The notes below the pieces were generated by a model that saw only the letters and a program-made list of their open reading frames with translations, did no database searches and was not told where the DNA came from. 64,000 nucleotides of DNA from Eledone cirrhosa (Eukaryota), in the NCBI GenBank assembly GCA_964016885.1, contig OZ024741.1, positions 248,620,001 through 248,684,000 on the forward strand, read 5' to 3'. The translations under genes and the position numbers were made by a program. Position 1 is the first letter of the stretch. The number at the start of each line of letters is the position of its first letter. Below, one piece after another: positions 1 to 11,900 of this stretch.

Positions 1-224
1 AGGGGAGATAATTTCCAGCCGTCCAAGGTGAGGTAATATCTAGCCATCCAAGGGGAGATAATTTCCAGCCGTCCAAGGGGAGATAATTTCCAGCCGTCCA
101 AGGGGAGATAATATCCAGCCGTCCAAGGAGACATATTTTCCAGCCGTCCAAGGAGAGGTAATTTCTAGCCGTCCAAGGGGAGATAAGTTCCAGCCTCCAA
201 GGGGAGATAATTTCCAGCCAGCCA
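1..224 (+). repeat. Example of A-block 'P': nine type-A monomers in fixed variant order (224 bp)
   Basis: Monomers at 1, 26 (GAGGTAATATCTAGCCATCC), 51, 76, 101 (AATATCC), 126 (GAGACATATTTTCC), 151 (GAGAGGTAATTTCTAG), 176 (24 bp, TAAGTTCCAGCCTCC) and 200 (CCAGCCAGCC). The same order recurs at about 1120, 2981, 5014, 8929 and throughout. Confidence 0.95.
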
Positions 225-564
225 AGGGGAGATAATTTGTAAAAAAATCAGGGGGAGATAATTTGTAGAAAAAATCAGGGGTAGATAATTTGTAAAAAAA
301 ATCAGGGGGAGATAATTTGTAAAAAAAATCAGGGGGAGATAATTTGTAAAAAAAATCAGGGGTAGATAATTTTCAGCCGTCCAAGGGGAGATAATTTCCA
401 TCCTTCCAAGGGGAGATAATTTCCAGCCGTCCAAGGGGAGATAATTTCCCGCCAGCCAAGGAGAGATAACATTTAAAAAAATCAGGCGGAGATAATTTCT
501 AAAAAAAATCAGGGGGAGATAATTTGTAAAAAAATCAGGGGGAGATAATTTGTAAAAAAAATCA

Positions 565-664
565 GGGGTAGATAATTTCCAGCCGTCCAAGGGGAGATAA
601 TTTCCATCCTTCCAAGGGGAGATAATTTCCAGCCGTCCAAGGGGAGATAATTTCCCGCCAGCCA
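565..664 (+). repeat. Example of A-block 'Q': four type-A monomers (100 bp)
   Basis: Order is GGGGTAGATAATTTCCAGCCGTCCA / ...CCATCCTTCCA / consensus / ...CCCGCCAGCCA, followed by AGGAGAGATAAYATTTAAAAAAATCAGG. Often paired 206 bp apart. Confidence 0.93.
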
Positions 665-908
665 AGGAGAGATAATATTTAAAAAAATCAGGCGGAGATA
701 ATTTGTAAAAAAAATCAGGGGGAGATAATTTGTAAAAAAATCAGGGGGAGATAATTTGTAAAAAAAAATCAGGGGGAGATAATTTGTAAAAAAAATCAGG
801 GGGAGATAATTTGTAAAAAAAATCAGGGGTAGATAATTTGTAAAAAAAAATCAGGGGGAGATAATTTGTAAAAAAAAAATCAGGGGGAGATAATTTGTAA
901 AAAAATCA

Positions 909-1008
909 AGGGGAGATAATTTCCAGCCGTCCAAGGGGAGATAATTTTCAGCCGTCCAAGGAGAGGTAATTTCTAGCCGTCCAAGGGGAGATAATTTCCA
1001 GCCGTCCA
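909..1008 (+). repeat. Example of A-block 'R': four type-A monomers (100 bp)
   Basis: Order is consensus / TTTTCAGCC / GAGAGGTAATTTCTAG / consensus. It is usually followed by a T7A7 monomer, then GGCGG, then GTAAACAAAAAT. Confidence 0.93.
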
Positions 1009-1119
1009 AGGGGAGATAATTTTTTTAAAAAAATCAGGCGGAGATAATTTGTAAACAAAAATCAGGGGGAGATAATTTGTAAAAAAAAATCAGGGGGAGA
1101 TAATTTGTAAAAAAAATCA

Positions 1120-4100
1120 AGGGGAGATAATTTTCAGCCGTCCAAGGGGAGGTAATATCTAGCCATCCAAGGGGAGATAATTTCCAGCCGTCCAAGGGGA
1201 GATAATTTCCAGCCGTCCAAGGGGAGATAATATTCAGCCGTCCAAGGAGACATATTTTCCAGCCGTCCAAGGAGACGTAATTTCTAGCCGTCCAAGGGGA
1301 GATAAGTTCCAGCCTCCAAGGGGAGATAATTTCCAGCCAGCCAAGGGGAGATAATTTGTAAAAAAATTAGGGGGAGATAATTTGTAAAAAAAAATTAGGG
1401 GGAGATAATTTGTAAAAAAAATCAGGGGGAGATAATTTGTAAAAAAAAATCAGGGGGAGATAATTTGTAAAAAAAATCAAGGGGAGATAATTTCCAGCCA
1501 GCCAAGGGGAGATAATTTGTAAAAAAATTAGGGGGAGATAATTTGTAAAAAAAAATTAGGGGGAGATAATTTGTAAAAAAAAATCAGGGGGAGATAATTT
1601 GTAAAAAAAAATCAGGGGGAGATAATTTGTAAAAAAAAATCAGGCGGAGATAATTTGTAAAAAAATCAAGGGGAGATAATTTCCAGCCGTCCAAGGGGAG
1701 ATAATTTTCAGCCGTCCAAGGAGAGGTAATTTCTAGCCGTCCAAGGGGAGATAATTTCCAGCCGTCCAAGGGGAGATAATTTTTTTAAAAAAATCAGGCG
1801 GAGATAATTTGTAAACAAAAATCAGGGGGAGATAATTTGTAAAAAAAAATCAGGGGGAGATAATTTGTAAAAAAAATCAGGGGGAGATAATTTGTAAAAA
1901 AAATCAAGGGGAGATAATTTGTAAAAAAAAATCAGGGGTAGATAATTTGTAAAAAAAAATCAGGGGGAGATAATTTGTAAAAAAAAATCAGGGGGAGATA
2001 ATTTGTAAAAAAATCAAGGGGAGATAATTTCCAGCCGTCCAAGGGGAGATAATTTTCAGCCGTCCAAGGAGAGGTAATTTCTAGCCGTCCAAGGGGAGAT
2101 AATTTCCAGCCAGCCAAGGGGAGATAATTTGTAAAAAAATCAGGGGTAGATAATTTGTAAAAAAAAATCAGGGGGAGATAATTTGTAAAAAAAATCAGGG
2201 GGAGATAATTTGTAAAAAAAATCAGGGGTACATAATTTCCAGCCGTCCAAGGGGAGATAATTTCCATCCTTCCAAGGGGAGATAATTTCCAGCCGTCCAA
2301 GGGGAGATAATTTCCCGCCAGCCAAGGAGAGATAACATTTAAAAAAATCAGGCGGATATAATTTGTAAAAAAAATCAGGGGGAGATAATTTGTAAAAAAA
2401 TCAGGGGGAGATAATTTGTAAAAAAAATCAGGGGTAGATAATTTCCAGCCGTCCAAGGGGAGATAATTTCCATCCTTCCAAGGGGAGATAATTTCCAGCC
2501 GTCCAAGGGGAGATAATTTCCCGCCAGCCAAGGAGAGATAATATTTAAAAAAATCAGGCGGAGATAATTTGTAAAAAAATCAGGAGATAATTTGTAAAAA
2601 AAAATCAGGGGAGATAATTTGTAAAAAAAATCAGGGGGAGATAATTTGTAAAAAAAAATCAGGGGTAGATAATTTGTAAAAAAAATCAGGGGGAGATAAT
2701 TTGTAAAAAAAAAATCAGGGGGAGATAATTTGTAAAAAAATCAAGGGGAGATAATTTCCAGCCGTCCAAGGGGAGATAATTTTCAGCCGTCCAAGGAGGT
2801 AATTTCTAGCCGTCCAAGGGGAGATAATTTCCAGCCGTCCAAGGGGAGATAATTTTTTTTAAAAAATCAGGCGGAGATAATTTGTAAACAAAAATCAGGG
2901 GGAGATAATTTGTAAAAAAAAATCAGGGGGAGATAATTTGTAAAAAAAAATCAGGGGGAGATAATTTGTAAAAAAAATCAAGGGGAGATAATTTCCAGCC
3001 GTCCAAGGTGAGGTAATATCTAGCCATCCAAGGGGAGATAATTTCCAGCCGTCCAAGGGGAGATAATTTCCAGCCGTCCAAGGGGAGATAATATCCAGCC
3101 GTCCAAGGAGACATATTTTCCAGCCGTCCAAGGAGAGGTAATTTCTAGCCGTCCAAGGGGAGATAAGTTCCAGCCTCCAAGGGGAGATAATTTCCAGCCA
3201 GCCAAGGGGAGATAATTTGTAAAAAAATCAGGGGGAGATAATTTGTAGAAAAAATCAGGGGTAGATAATTTGTAAAAAAAATCAGGGGGAGATAATTTGT
3301 AAAAAAAATCAGGGGGAGATAATTTGTAAAAAAAATCAGGGGTAGATAATTTTCAGCCGTCCAAGGGGAGATAATTTCCATCCTTCCAAGGGGAGATAAT
3401 TTCCAGCCGTCCAAGGGGAGATAATTTCCCGCCAGCCAAGGAGAGATAACATTTAAAAAAATCAGGCGGAGATAATTTCTAAAAAAAATCAGGGGGAGAT
3501 AATTTGTAAAAAAATCAGGGGGAGATAATTTGTAAAAAAAATCAGGGGTAGATAATTTCCAGCCGTCCAAGGGGAGATAATTTCCATCCTTCCAAGGGGA
3601 GATAATTTCCAGCCGTCCAAGGGGAGATAATTTCCCGCCAGCCAAGGAGAGATAATATTTAAAAAAATCAGGCGGAGATAATTTGTAAAAAAAATCAGGG
3701 GGAGATAATTTGTAAAAAAATCAGGGGGAGATAATTTGTAAAAAAAAATCAGGGGGAGATAATTTGTAAAAAAAATCAGGGGGAGATAATTTGTAAAAAA
3801 AATCAGGGGTAGATAATTTGTAAAAAAAAATCAGGGGGAGATAATTTGTAAAAAAAAAATCAGGGGGAGATAATTTGTAAAAAAATCAAGGGGAGATAAT
3901 TTCCAGCCGTCCAAGGGGAGATAATTTTCAGCCGTCCAAGGAGAGGTAATTTCTAGCCGTCCAAGGGGAGATAATTTCCATCCGTCCAAGGGGAGATAAT
4001 TTTTTTAAAAAAATCAGGCGGAGATAATTTGTAAACAAAAATCAGGGGGAGATAATTTGTAAAAAAAAATCAGGGGGAGATAATTTGTAAAAAAAATCAA

Positions 4101-5013
4101 GGGGAGATAATTTCCAGCCGTCCAAGGGGAGGTAATATCTAGCCATCCAAGGGGAGATAATTTCCAGCCGTCCAAGGGGAGATAATTTCCAGCCGTCCAA
4201 GGGGAGATAATATCCAGCCGTCCAAGGAGACATATTTTCCAGCCGTCCAAGGAGAGGTAATTTCTAGCCGTCCAAGGGGAGATAAGTTCCAGCCTCCAAG
4301 GGGAGATAATTTCCCGCCAGCCAAGGAGAGATAACATTTAAAAAAATCAGGCGGAGATAATTTGTAAAAAAAAATCAGGGGGAGATAATTTGTAAAAAAA
4401 TCAGGGGGAGATAATTTGTAAAAAAAATCAGGGGTAGATAATTTCCAGCCGTCCAAGGGGAGATAATTTCCATCCTTCCAAGGGGAGATAATTTCCAGCC
4501 GTCCAAGGGGAGATAATTTCCCGCCAGCCAAGGAGAGATAATATTTAAAAAAATCAGGCGGAGATAATTTGTAAAAAAAATCAGGGGGAGATAATTTGTA
4601 AAAAAATCAGGGGGAGATAATTTGTAAAAAAAAATCAGGGGGAGATAATTTGTAAAAAAAATCAGGGGGAGATAATTTGTAAAAAAAAATCAGGGGTAGA
4701 TAATTTGTAAAAAAAAATCAGGGGGAGATAATTTGTAAAAAAAAATCAGGGGGAGATAATTTGTAAAAAAATCAAGGGGAGATAATTTCCAGCCGTCCAA
4801 GGGGAGATAATTTTCAGCCGTCCAAGGAGAGGTAATTTCTAGCCGTCCAAGGGGAGATAATTTCCAGCCGTCCAAGGGGAGATAATTTTTTTAAAAAAAT
4901 CAGGCGGAGATAATTTGTAAACAAAAATCAGGGGGAGATAATTTGTAAAAAAAAATCAGGGGGAGATAATTTGTAAAAAAAAATCAGGGGGAGATAATTT
5001 GTAAAAAAAATCA
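1120..5013 (+). repeat. Higher-order unit X, copy 1 (3,894 bp)
   Basis: Carries the X markers AATATTCAGCC, GGGTACAT (2228) and GGCGGATAT. The ORF track matches the copy at 8929 with offsets 7,809 and 7,812; a 3-bp deletion near 2583 explains the shift. Confidence 0.88.
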
Positions 5014-8000
5014 AGGGGAGATAATTTCCAGCCGTCCAAGGGGAGGTAATATCTAGCCATCCAAGGGGAGATAATTTCCAGCCGTCCAAGGGGAGATAAT
5101 TTCCAGCCGTCCAAGGGGAGATAATATCCAGCCGTCCAAGGAGACATATTTTCCAGCCGTCCAAGGAGACGTAATTTCTAGCCGTCCAAGGGGAGATAAG
5201 TTCCAGCCTCCAAGGGGAGATAATTTCCAGCCAGCCAAGGGGAGATAATTTGTAAAAAATTAGGGGGAGATAATTTGTAAAAAAAAATTAGGGGGAGATA
5301 ATTTGTAAAAAAAAATCAGGGGGAGATAATTTGTAAAAAAAAATCAGGGGGAGATAATTTGTAAAAAAAAATCAGGGGGAGATAATTTGTAAAAAAAATC
5401 AAGGGGAGATAATTTCCAGCCGTCCAAGGGGAGATAATTTTCAGCCGTCCAAGGAGAGGTAAATTCTAGCCGTCCAAGGAGATATAATTTCCAGCCGTCC
5501 AAGGGGAGATAATTTCCAGCCGTCCAAGGGGAGATAATTTTAAAAAAAAAATCAGGCGGAGATAATTTGTAAACAAAAATCAGGGGGAGATAATTTTTAA
5601 AAAAAAATCAGGGGGAGATAATTTGTAAAAAAAAATCAGGGGGAGATAATTTGTAAAAAAAATCAAGGGGAGATAATTTCCAGCCGTCCAAGGGGAGGTA
5701 ATATCTAGCCATCCAAGGGGAGATAATTTCCAGCCGTCCAAGGGGAGATAATTTCCAGCCGTCCAAGGGGAGATAATATCCAGCCGTCCAAGGAGACATA
5801 TTTTCCAGCCGTCCAAGGAGAGGTAATTTCTAGCCGTCCAAGGGGAGATAAGTTCCAGCCTCCAAGGGGAGATAATTTCCAGCCAGCCAAGGGGAGATAA
5901 TTTGTAAAAAAATCAGGGGGGAGATAATTTGTAAAAAAAATCAGGGGGAGATAATTTGAAAAAAAAATCAGGGGGAGATAATTTGTAAAAAATATCAAGG
6001 GGAGATAATTTCCAGCCCTCCAAGGGGCTATAATTTCCAGCCGTGCAAGGGGAGATAATTTCCAGCCGTCCAAGGGGAGATAATTTCCATCCTTCCAAGG
6101 GGAGATAATTTCCAGCCGTCCAAGGGGAGATAATTTCCCGCCAGCCAAGGGAAGATAATTTTTTAAAAAATCAGGCGGAGATTGTAAAAAAAATCAGGGG
6201 GAGATAATTTGTAAAAAAATCAGGGGGAGATAATTTGTAAAAAAAAATCAGGGGGAGATAATTTGTAAAAAAAAATCAGGGGGAGATAATTTGTAAAAAA
6301 AATCAGGGGGAGATAATTTGTAAAAAAAATCAGGGGTAGATAATTTGTAAAAAAAATCAGGGGGAGATAATTTGTAAAAAAAATCAGGGGGAGATAATTT
6401 GTAAAAAAAATCAGGGGTAGATAATTTTCAGCCGTCCAAGGGGAGATAATTTCCATCCTTCCAAGGGGAGATAATTTCCAGCCGTCCAAGGGGAGATAAT
6501 TTCCCGCCAGCCAAGGAGAGATAACATTTAAAAAAATCAGGCGGAGATAATTTGTAAAAAAATCAGGGGGAGATAATTTGTAAAAAAAATCAGGGGTAGA
6601 TAATTTTAAGCCGTCCAAGGGGAGATAATTTCCATCCTTCCAAGGGGAGATAATTTCCAGCCGTCCAAGGGGAGATAATTTCCCGCCAGCCAAGGAGAGA
6701 TAACATTTAAAAAAATCAGGGGGAGATAATTTGTAAAAAAAAATCAGGGGGAGATAATTCGTAAAAAAAAATCAGGGGGAGATAATTTGTAAAAAAAAAT
6801 CAGGGGTAGATAATTTGTAAAAAAAAATCAGGGGGAGATAATTTGTAAAAAAAAAATCAGGGGGAGATAATTTGTAAAAAAATCAAGGGGAGATAATTTC
6901 CAGCCGTCCAAGGGGAGATAATTTTCAGCCGTCCAAGGAGAGGTAATTTCTAGCCGTCCAAGGGGAGATAATTTCCAGCCGTCCAAGGGGAGATAATTTT
7001 TTTAAAAAAATCAGGCGGAGATAATTTGTAAACAAAAATCAGGGGGAGATAATTTGTAAAAAAAAATCAGGGGGAGATAGTTTGTAAAAAAAAATCAGGG
7101 GGAGATAATTTGTAAAAAAAATCAAGGGGAGATAATTTGTAAAAAAAAATCAGGGGTAGATAATTTGTAAAAAAAAATCAGGGGGAAATAATTTGTAAAA
7201 AAAAAATCAGGGGGAGATAATTTGTAAAAAAATCAAGGGGAGATAATTTCCAGCCGTCCAAGGGGAGATAATTTTCAGCCGTCCAAGGAGAGGTAATTTC
7301 TAGCCGTCCAAGGGGAGATAATTTCCAGCCAGCCAAGGGGAGATAATTTGTAAAAAAATCAGATGTAGATAATTTGTAAAAAAAAATCAGGGGGAGATAA
7401 TTTGTAAAAAAAATCAGGGGGAGATAATTTGTAAAAAAAATCAGGGGTAGATAATTTCCAGCCGTCCAAGGGGAGATAATTTCCATCCTTCCAAGGGGAG
7501 ATAATTTCCAGCCGTCCAAGGGGAGATAATTTCCCGCCAGCCAAGGAGAGATAATATTTAAAAAAATCAGGCGGAGATAATTTGTAAAAAAAATCAGGGG
7601 GAGATAATTTGTAAAAAAATCAGGGGGAGATAATTTGTAAAAAAAAATCAGGGGAGATAATTTGTAAAAAAAATCAGGGGGAGATAATTTGTAAAAAAAA
7701 ATCAGGGGTAGATAATTTGTAAAAAAAAATCAGGGGGAGATAATTTGTAAAAAAAAAATCAGGGGGAGATAATTTGTAAAAAAATCAAGGGGAGATAATT
7801 TCCAGCCGTCCAAGGGGAGATAATTTTCAGCCGTCCAAGGAGGTAATTTCTAGCCGTCCAAGGGGAGATAATTTCCAGCCGTCCAAGGGGAGATAATTTT
7901 TTTTAAAAAATCAGGCGGAGATAATTTGTAAACAAAAATCAGGGGGAGATAATTTGTAAAAAAAAATCAGGGGAAGATAATTTGTAAAAAAAAATCAGGG

Positions 8001-8928
8001 GGAGATAATTTGTAAAAAAAATCAAGGGGAGATAATTTCCAGCCGTCCAAGGGGAGGTAATATTTAGCCGTCCAAGGGGAGATAATTTCCAGCCGTCCAA
8101 GGGGAGATAATTTTTTTAAAAAAATCAGGCGGAGATAATTTGTAAACAAAAATCAGGGGGAGATAATTTGTAAAAAAAAATCAGGGGGAGATAATTTGTA
8201 AAAGAAAATCAGGGGGAGATAATTTGTAAAAAAAATCAAGGGGAGATAATTTCCAGCCAGCCAAGGGGAGATAATTTGTAAAAAAATTAGGGGGAGATAA
8301 TTTGTAAAAAAAAATTAGGGGGAGATAATTTGTAAAAAAAAATCAGGGGTAGATAATTTCCAGCCGTCCAAGGGGAGATAATTTCCATCCTTCCAAGGGG
8401 AGATAATTTCCAGCCGTCCAAGGGGAGATAATTTCCCGCCAGCCAAGGAGAGATAATATTTAAAAAAATCAGGCGGAGATAATTTGTAAAAAAAATCAGA
8501 GGGAGATAATTTGTAAAAAAATCAGGGGGAGATAATTTGTAAAAAAAAATCAGGGGGAGATAATTTGTAAAAAAAATCAGGGGGAGATAATTTGTAAAAA
8601 AAAATCAGGGGTAGATAATTTGTAAAAAAAAATCAGGGGGAGATAATTTGTAAAAAAAAATCAGGGGGAGATAATTTGTAAAAAAATCAAGGGGAGATAA
8701 TTTCCAGCCGTCCAAGGGGAGATAATTTTCAGCCGTCCAAGGAGAGGTAATTTCTAGCCGTCCAAGGGGAGATAATTTCCAGCCGTCCAAGGGGAGATAA
8801 TTTTTTTAAAAAAATCAGGCGGAGATAATTTGTAAACAAAAATCAGGGGGAGATAATTTGTAAAAAAAAATCAGGGGGAGATAATTTGTAAAAAAAAATC
8901 AGGGGGAGATAATTTGTAAAAAAAATCA
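5014..8928 (+). repeat. Higher-order unit Y, copy 1 (3,915 bp)
   Basis: Y markers: GGTAAATTCTAG, CCAGCCCTCCAAGGGGCTATAA, CCGTGCAAGG, GGCGGAGATTGT, AATTCGTA, GATAGTTTG, CAGATGTAG, GTAAAAGAAAAT. Repeats at +19,138. Confidence 0.88.
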
Positions 8929-11900
8929 AGGGGAGATAATTTTCAGCCGTCCAAGGGGAGGTAATATCTAGCCATCCAAGGGGAGATAATTTCCAGCCGT
9001 CCAAGGGGAGATAATTTCCAGCCGTCCAAGGGGAGATAATATTCAGCCGTCCAAGGAGACATATTTTCCAGCCGTCCAAGGAGACGTAATTTCTAGCCGT
9101 CCAAGGGGAGATAAGTTCCAGCCTCCAAGGGGAGATAATTTCCAGCCAGCCAAGGGGAGATAATTTGTAAAAAAATTAGGGGGAGATAATTTGTAAAAAA
9201 AAATTAGGGGGAGATAATTTGTAAAAAAAATCAGGGGGAGATAATTTGTAAAAAAAAATCAGGGGGAGATAATTTGTAAAAAAAATCAAGGGGAGATAAT
9301 TTCCAGCCAGCCAAGGGGAGATAATTTGTAAAAAAATTAGGGGGAGATAATTTGTAAAAAAAAATTAGGGGGAGATAATTTGTAAAAAAAAATCAGGGGG
9401 AGATAATTTGTAAAAAAAAATCAGGGGGAGATAATTTGTAAAAAAAAATCAGGCGGAGATAATTTGTAAAAAAATCAAGGGGAGATAATTTCCAGCCGTC
9501 CAAGGGGAGATAATTTTCAGCCGTCCAAGGAGAGGTAATTTCTAGCCGTCCAAGGGGAGATAATTTCCAGCCGTCCAAGGGGAGATAATTTTTTTAAAAA
9601 AATCAGGCGGAGATAATTTGTAAACAAAAATCAGGGGGAGATAATTTGTAAAAAAAAATCAGGGGGAGATAATTTGTAAAAAAAATCAGGGGGAGATAAT
9701 TTGTAAAAAAAATCAAGGGGAGATAATTTGTAAAAAAAAATCAGGGGTAGATAATTTGTAAAAAAAAATCAGGGGGAGATAATTTGTAAAAAAAAATCAG
9801 GGGGAGATAATTTGTAAAAAAATCAAGGGGAGATAATTTCCAGCCGTCCAAGGGGAGATAATTTTCAGCCGTCCAAGGAGAGGTAATTTCTAGCCGTCCA
9901 AGGGGAGATAATTTCCAGCCAGCCAAGGGGAGATAATTTGTAAAAAAATCAGGGGTAGATAATTTGTAAAAAAAAATCAGGGGGAGATAATTTGTAAAAA
10001 AAATCAGGGGGAGATAATTTGTAAAAAAAATCAGGGGTACATAATTTCCAGCCGTCCAAGGGGAGATAATTTCCATCCTTCCAAGGGGAGATAATTTCCA
10101 GCCGTCCAAGGGGAGATAATTTCCCGCCAGCCAAGGAGAGATAACATTTAAAAAAATCAGGCGGATATAATTTGTAAAAAAAATCAGGGGGAGATAATTT
10201 GTAAAAAAATCAGGGGGAGATAATTTGTAAAAAAAATCAGGGGTAGATAATTTCCAGCCGTCCAAGGGGAGATAATTTCCATCCTTCCAAGGGGAGATAA
10301 TTTCCAGCCGTCCAAGGGGAGATAATTTCCCGCCAGCCAAGGAGAGATAATATTTAAAAAAATCAGGCGGAGATAATTTGTAAAAAAATCAGGAGGAGAT
10401 AATTTGTAAAAAAAAATCAGGGGAGATAATTTGTAAAAAAAATCAGGGGGAGATAATTTGTAAAAAAAAATCAGGGGTAGATAATTTGTAAAAAAAATCA
10501 GGGGGAGATAATTTGTAAAAAAAAAATCAGGGGGAGATAATTTGTAAAAAAATCAAGGGGAGATAATTTCCAGCCGTCCAAGGGGAGATAATTTTCAGCC
10601 GTCCAAGGAGGTAATTTCTAGCCGTCCAAGGGGAGATAATTTCCAGCCGTCCAAGGGGAGATAATTTTTTTTAAAAAATCAGGCGGAGATAATTTGTAAA
10701 CAAAAATCAGGGGGAGATAATTTGTAAAAAAAAATCAGGGGGAGATAATTTGTAAAAAAAAATCAGGGGGAGATAATTTGTAAAAAAAATCAAGGGGAGA
10801 TAATTTCCAGCCGTCCAAGGTGAGGTAATATCTAGCCATCCAAGGGGAGATAATTTCCAGCCGTCCAAGGGGAGATAATTTCCAGCCGTCCAAGGGGAGA
10901 TAATATCCAGCCGTCCAAGGAGACATATTTTCCAGCCGTCCAAGGAGAGGTAATTTCTAGCCGTCCAAGGGGAGATAAGTTCCAGCCTCCAAGGGGAGAT
11001 AATTTCCAGCCAGCCAAGGGGAGATAATTTGTAAAAAAATCAGGGGGAGATAATTTGTAGAAAAAATCAGGGGTAGATAATTTGTAAAAAAAATCAGGGG
11101 GAGATAATTTGTAAAAAAAATCAGGGGGAGATAATTTGTAAAAAAAATCAGGGGTAGATAATTTTCAGCCGTCCAAGGGGAGATAATTTCCATCCTTCCA
11201 AGGGGAGATAATTTCCAGCCGTCCAAGGGGAGATAATTTCCCGCCAGCCAAGGAGAGATAACATTTAAAAAAATCAGGCGGAGATAATTTCTAAAAAAAA
11301 TCAGGGGGAGATAATTTGTAAAAAAATCAGGGGGAGATAATTTGTAAAAAAAATCAGGGGTAGATAATTTCCAGCCGTCCAAGGGGAGATAATTTCCATC
11401 CTTCCAAGGGGAGATAATTTCCAGCCGTCCAAGGGGAGATAATTTCCCGCCAGCCAAGGAGAGATAATATTTAAAAAAATCAGGCGGAGATAATTTGTAA
11501 AAAAAATCAGGGGGAGATAATTTGTAAAAAAATCAGGGGGAGATAATTTGTAAAAAAAAATCAGGGGGAGATAATTTGTAAAAAAAATCAGGGGGAGATA
11601 ATTTGTAAAAAAAATCAGGGGTAGATAATTTGTAAAAAAAAATCAGGGGGAGATAATTTGTAAAAAAAAAATCAGGGGGAGATAATTTGTAAAAAAATCA
11701 AGGGGAGATAATTTCCAGCCGTCCAAGGGGAGATAATTTTCAGCCGTCCAAGGAGAGGTAATTTCTAGCCGTCCAAGGGGAGATAATTTCCAGCCGTCCA
11801 AGGGGAGATAATTTTTTTAAAAAAATCAGGCGGAGATAATTTGTAAACAAAAATCAGGGGGAGATAATTTGTAAAAAAAAATCAGGGGGAGATAATTTGT

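Noticed and set aside
54-66. Mini hairpin GGAGA-TAA-TTTCC in type-A monomers, loosely like a terminator or Rel site
   Set aside because: Only a 5-bp stem with a G-T pair. It does not fit the GGGRNWYYCC consensus and has no gene context.
225-360. G-quadruplex potential from G4-G5 runs
   Set aside because: The runs are separated by about 21-24 nt loops, far beyond the canonical 1-7 nt, so a stable intramolecular G4 is not supported from sequence alone.
1360-1570. Telomere-like words TTAGGG/TTAGG, and TCAGG in most B monomers
   Set aside because: They occur once per monomer and never in tandem. TTAGGG is a single C->T variant of TCAGGG.
2793-2800. Perfect Shine-Dalgarno-like AAGGAGGT
   Set aside because: It is a 2-bp deletion variant of AAGGAGAGGT. 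No start codon follows, and TAA stops occur in almost every + strand monomer.
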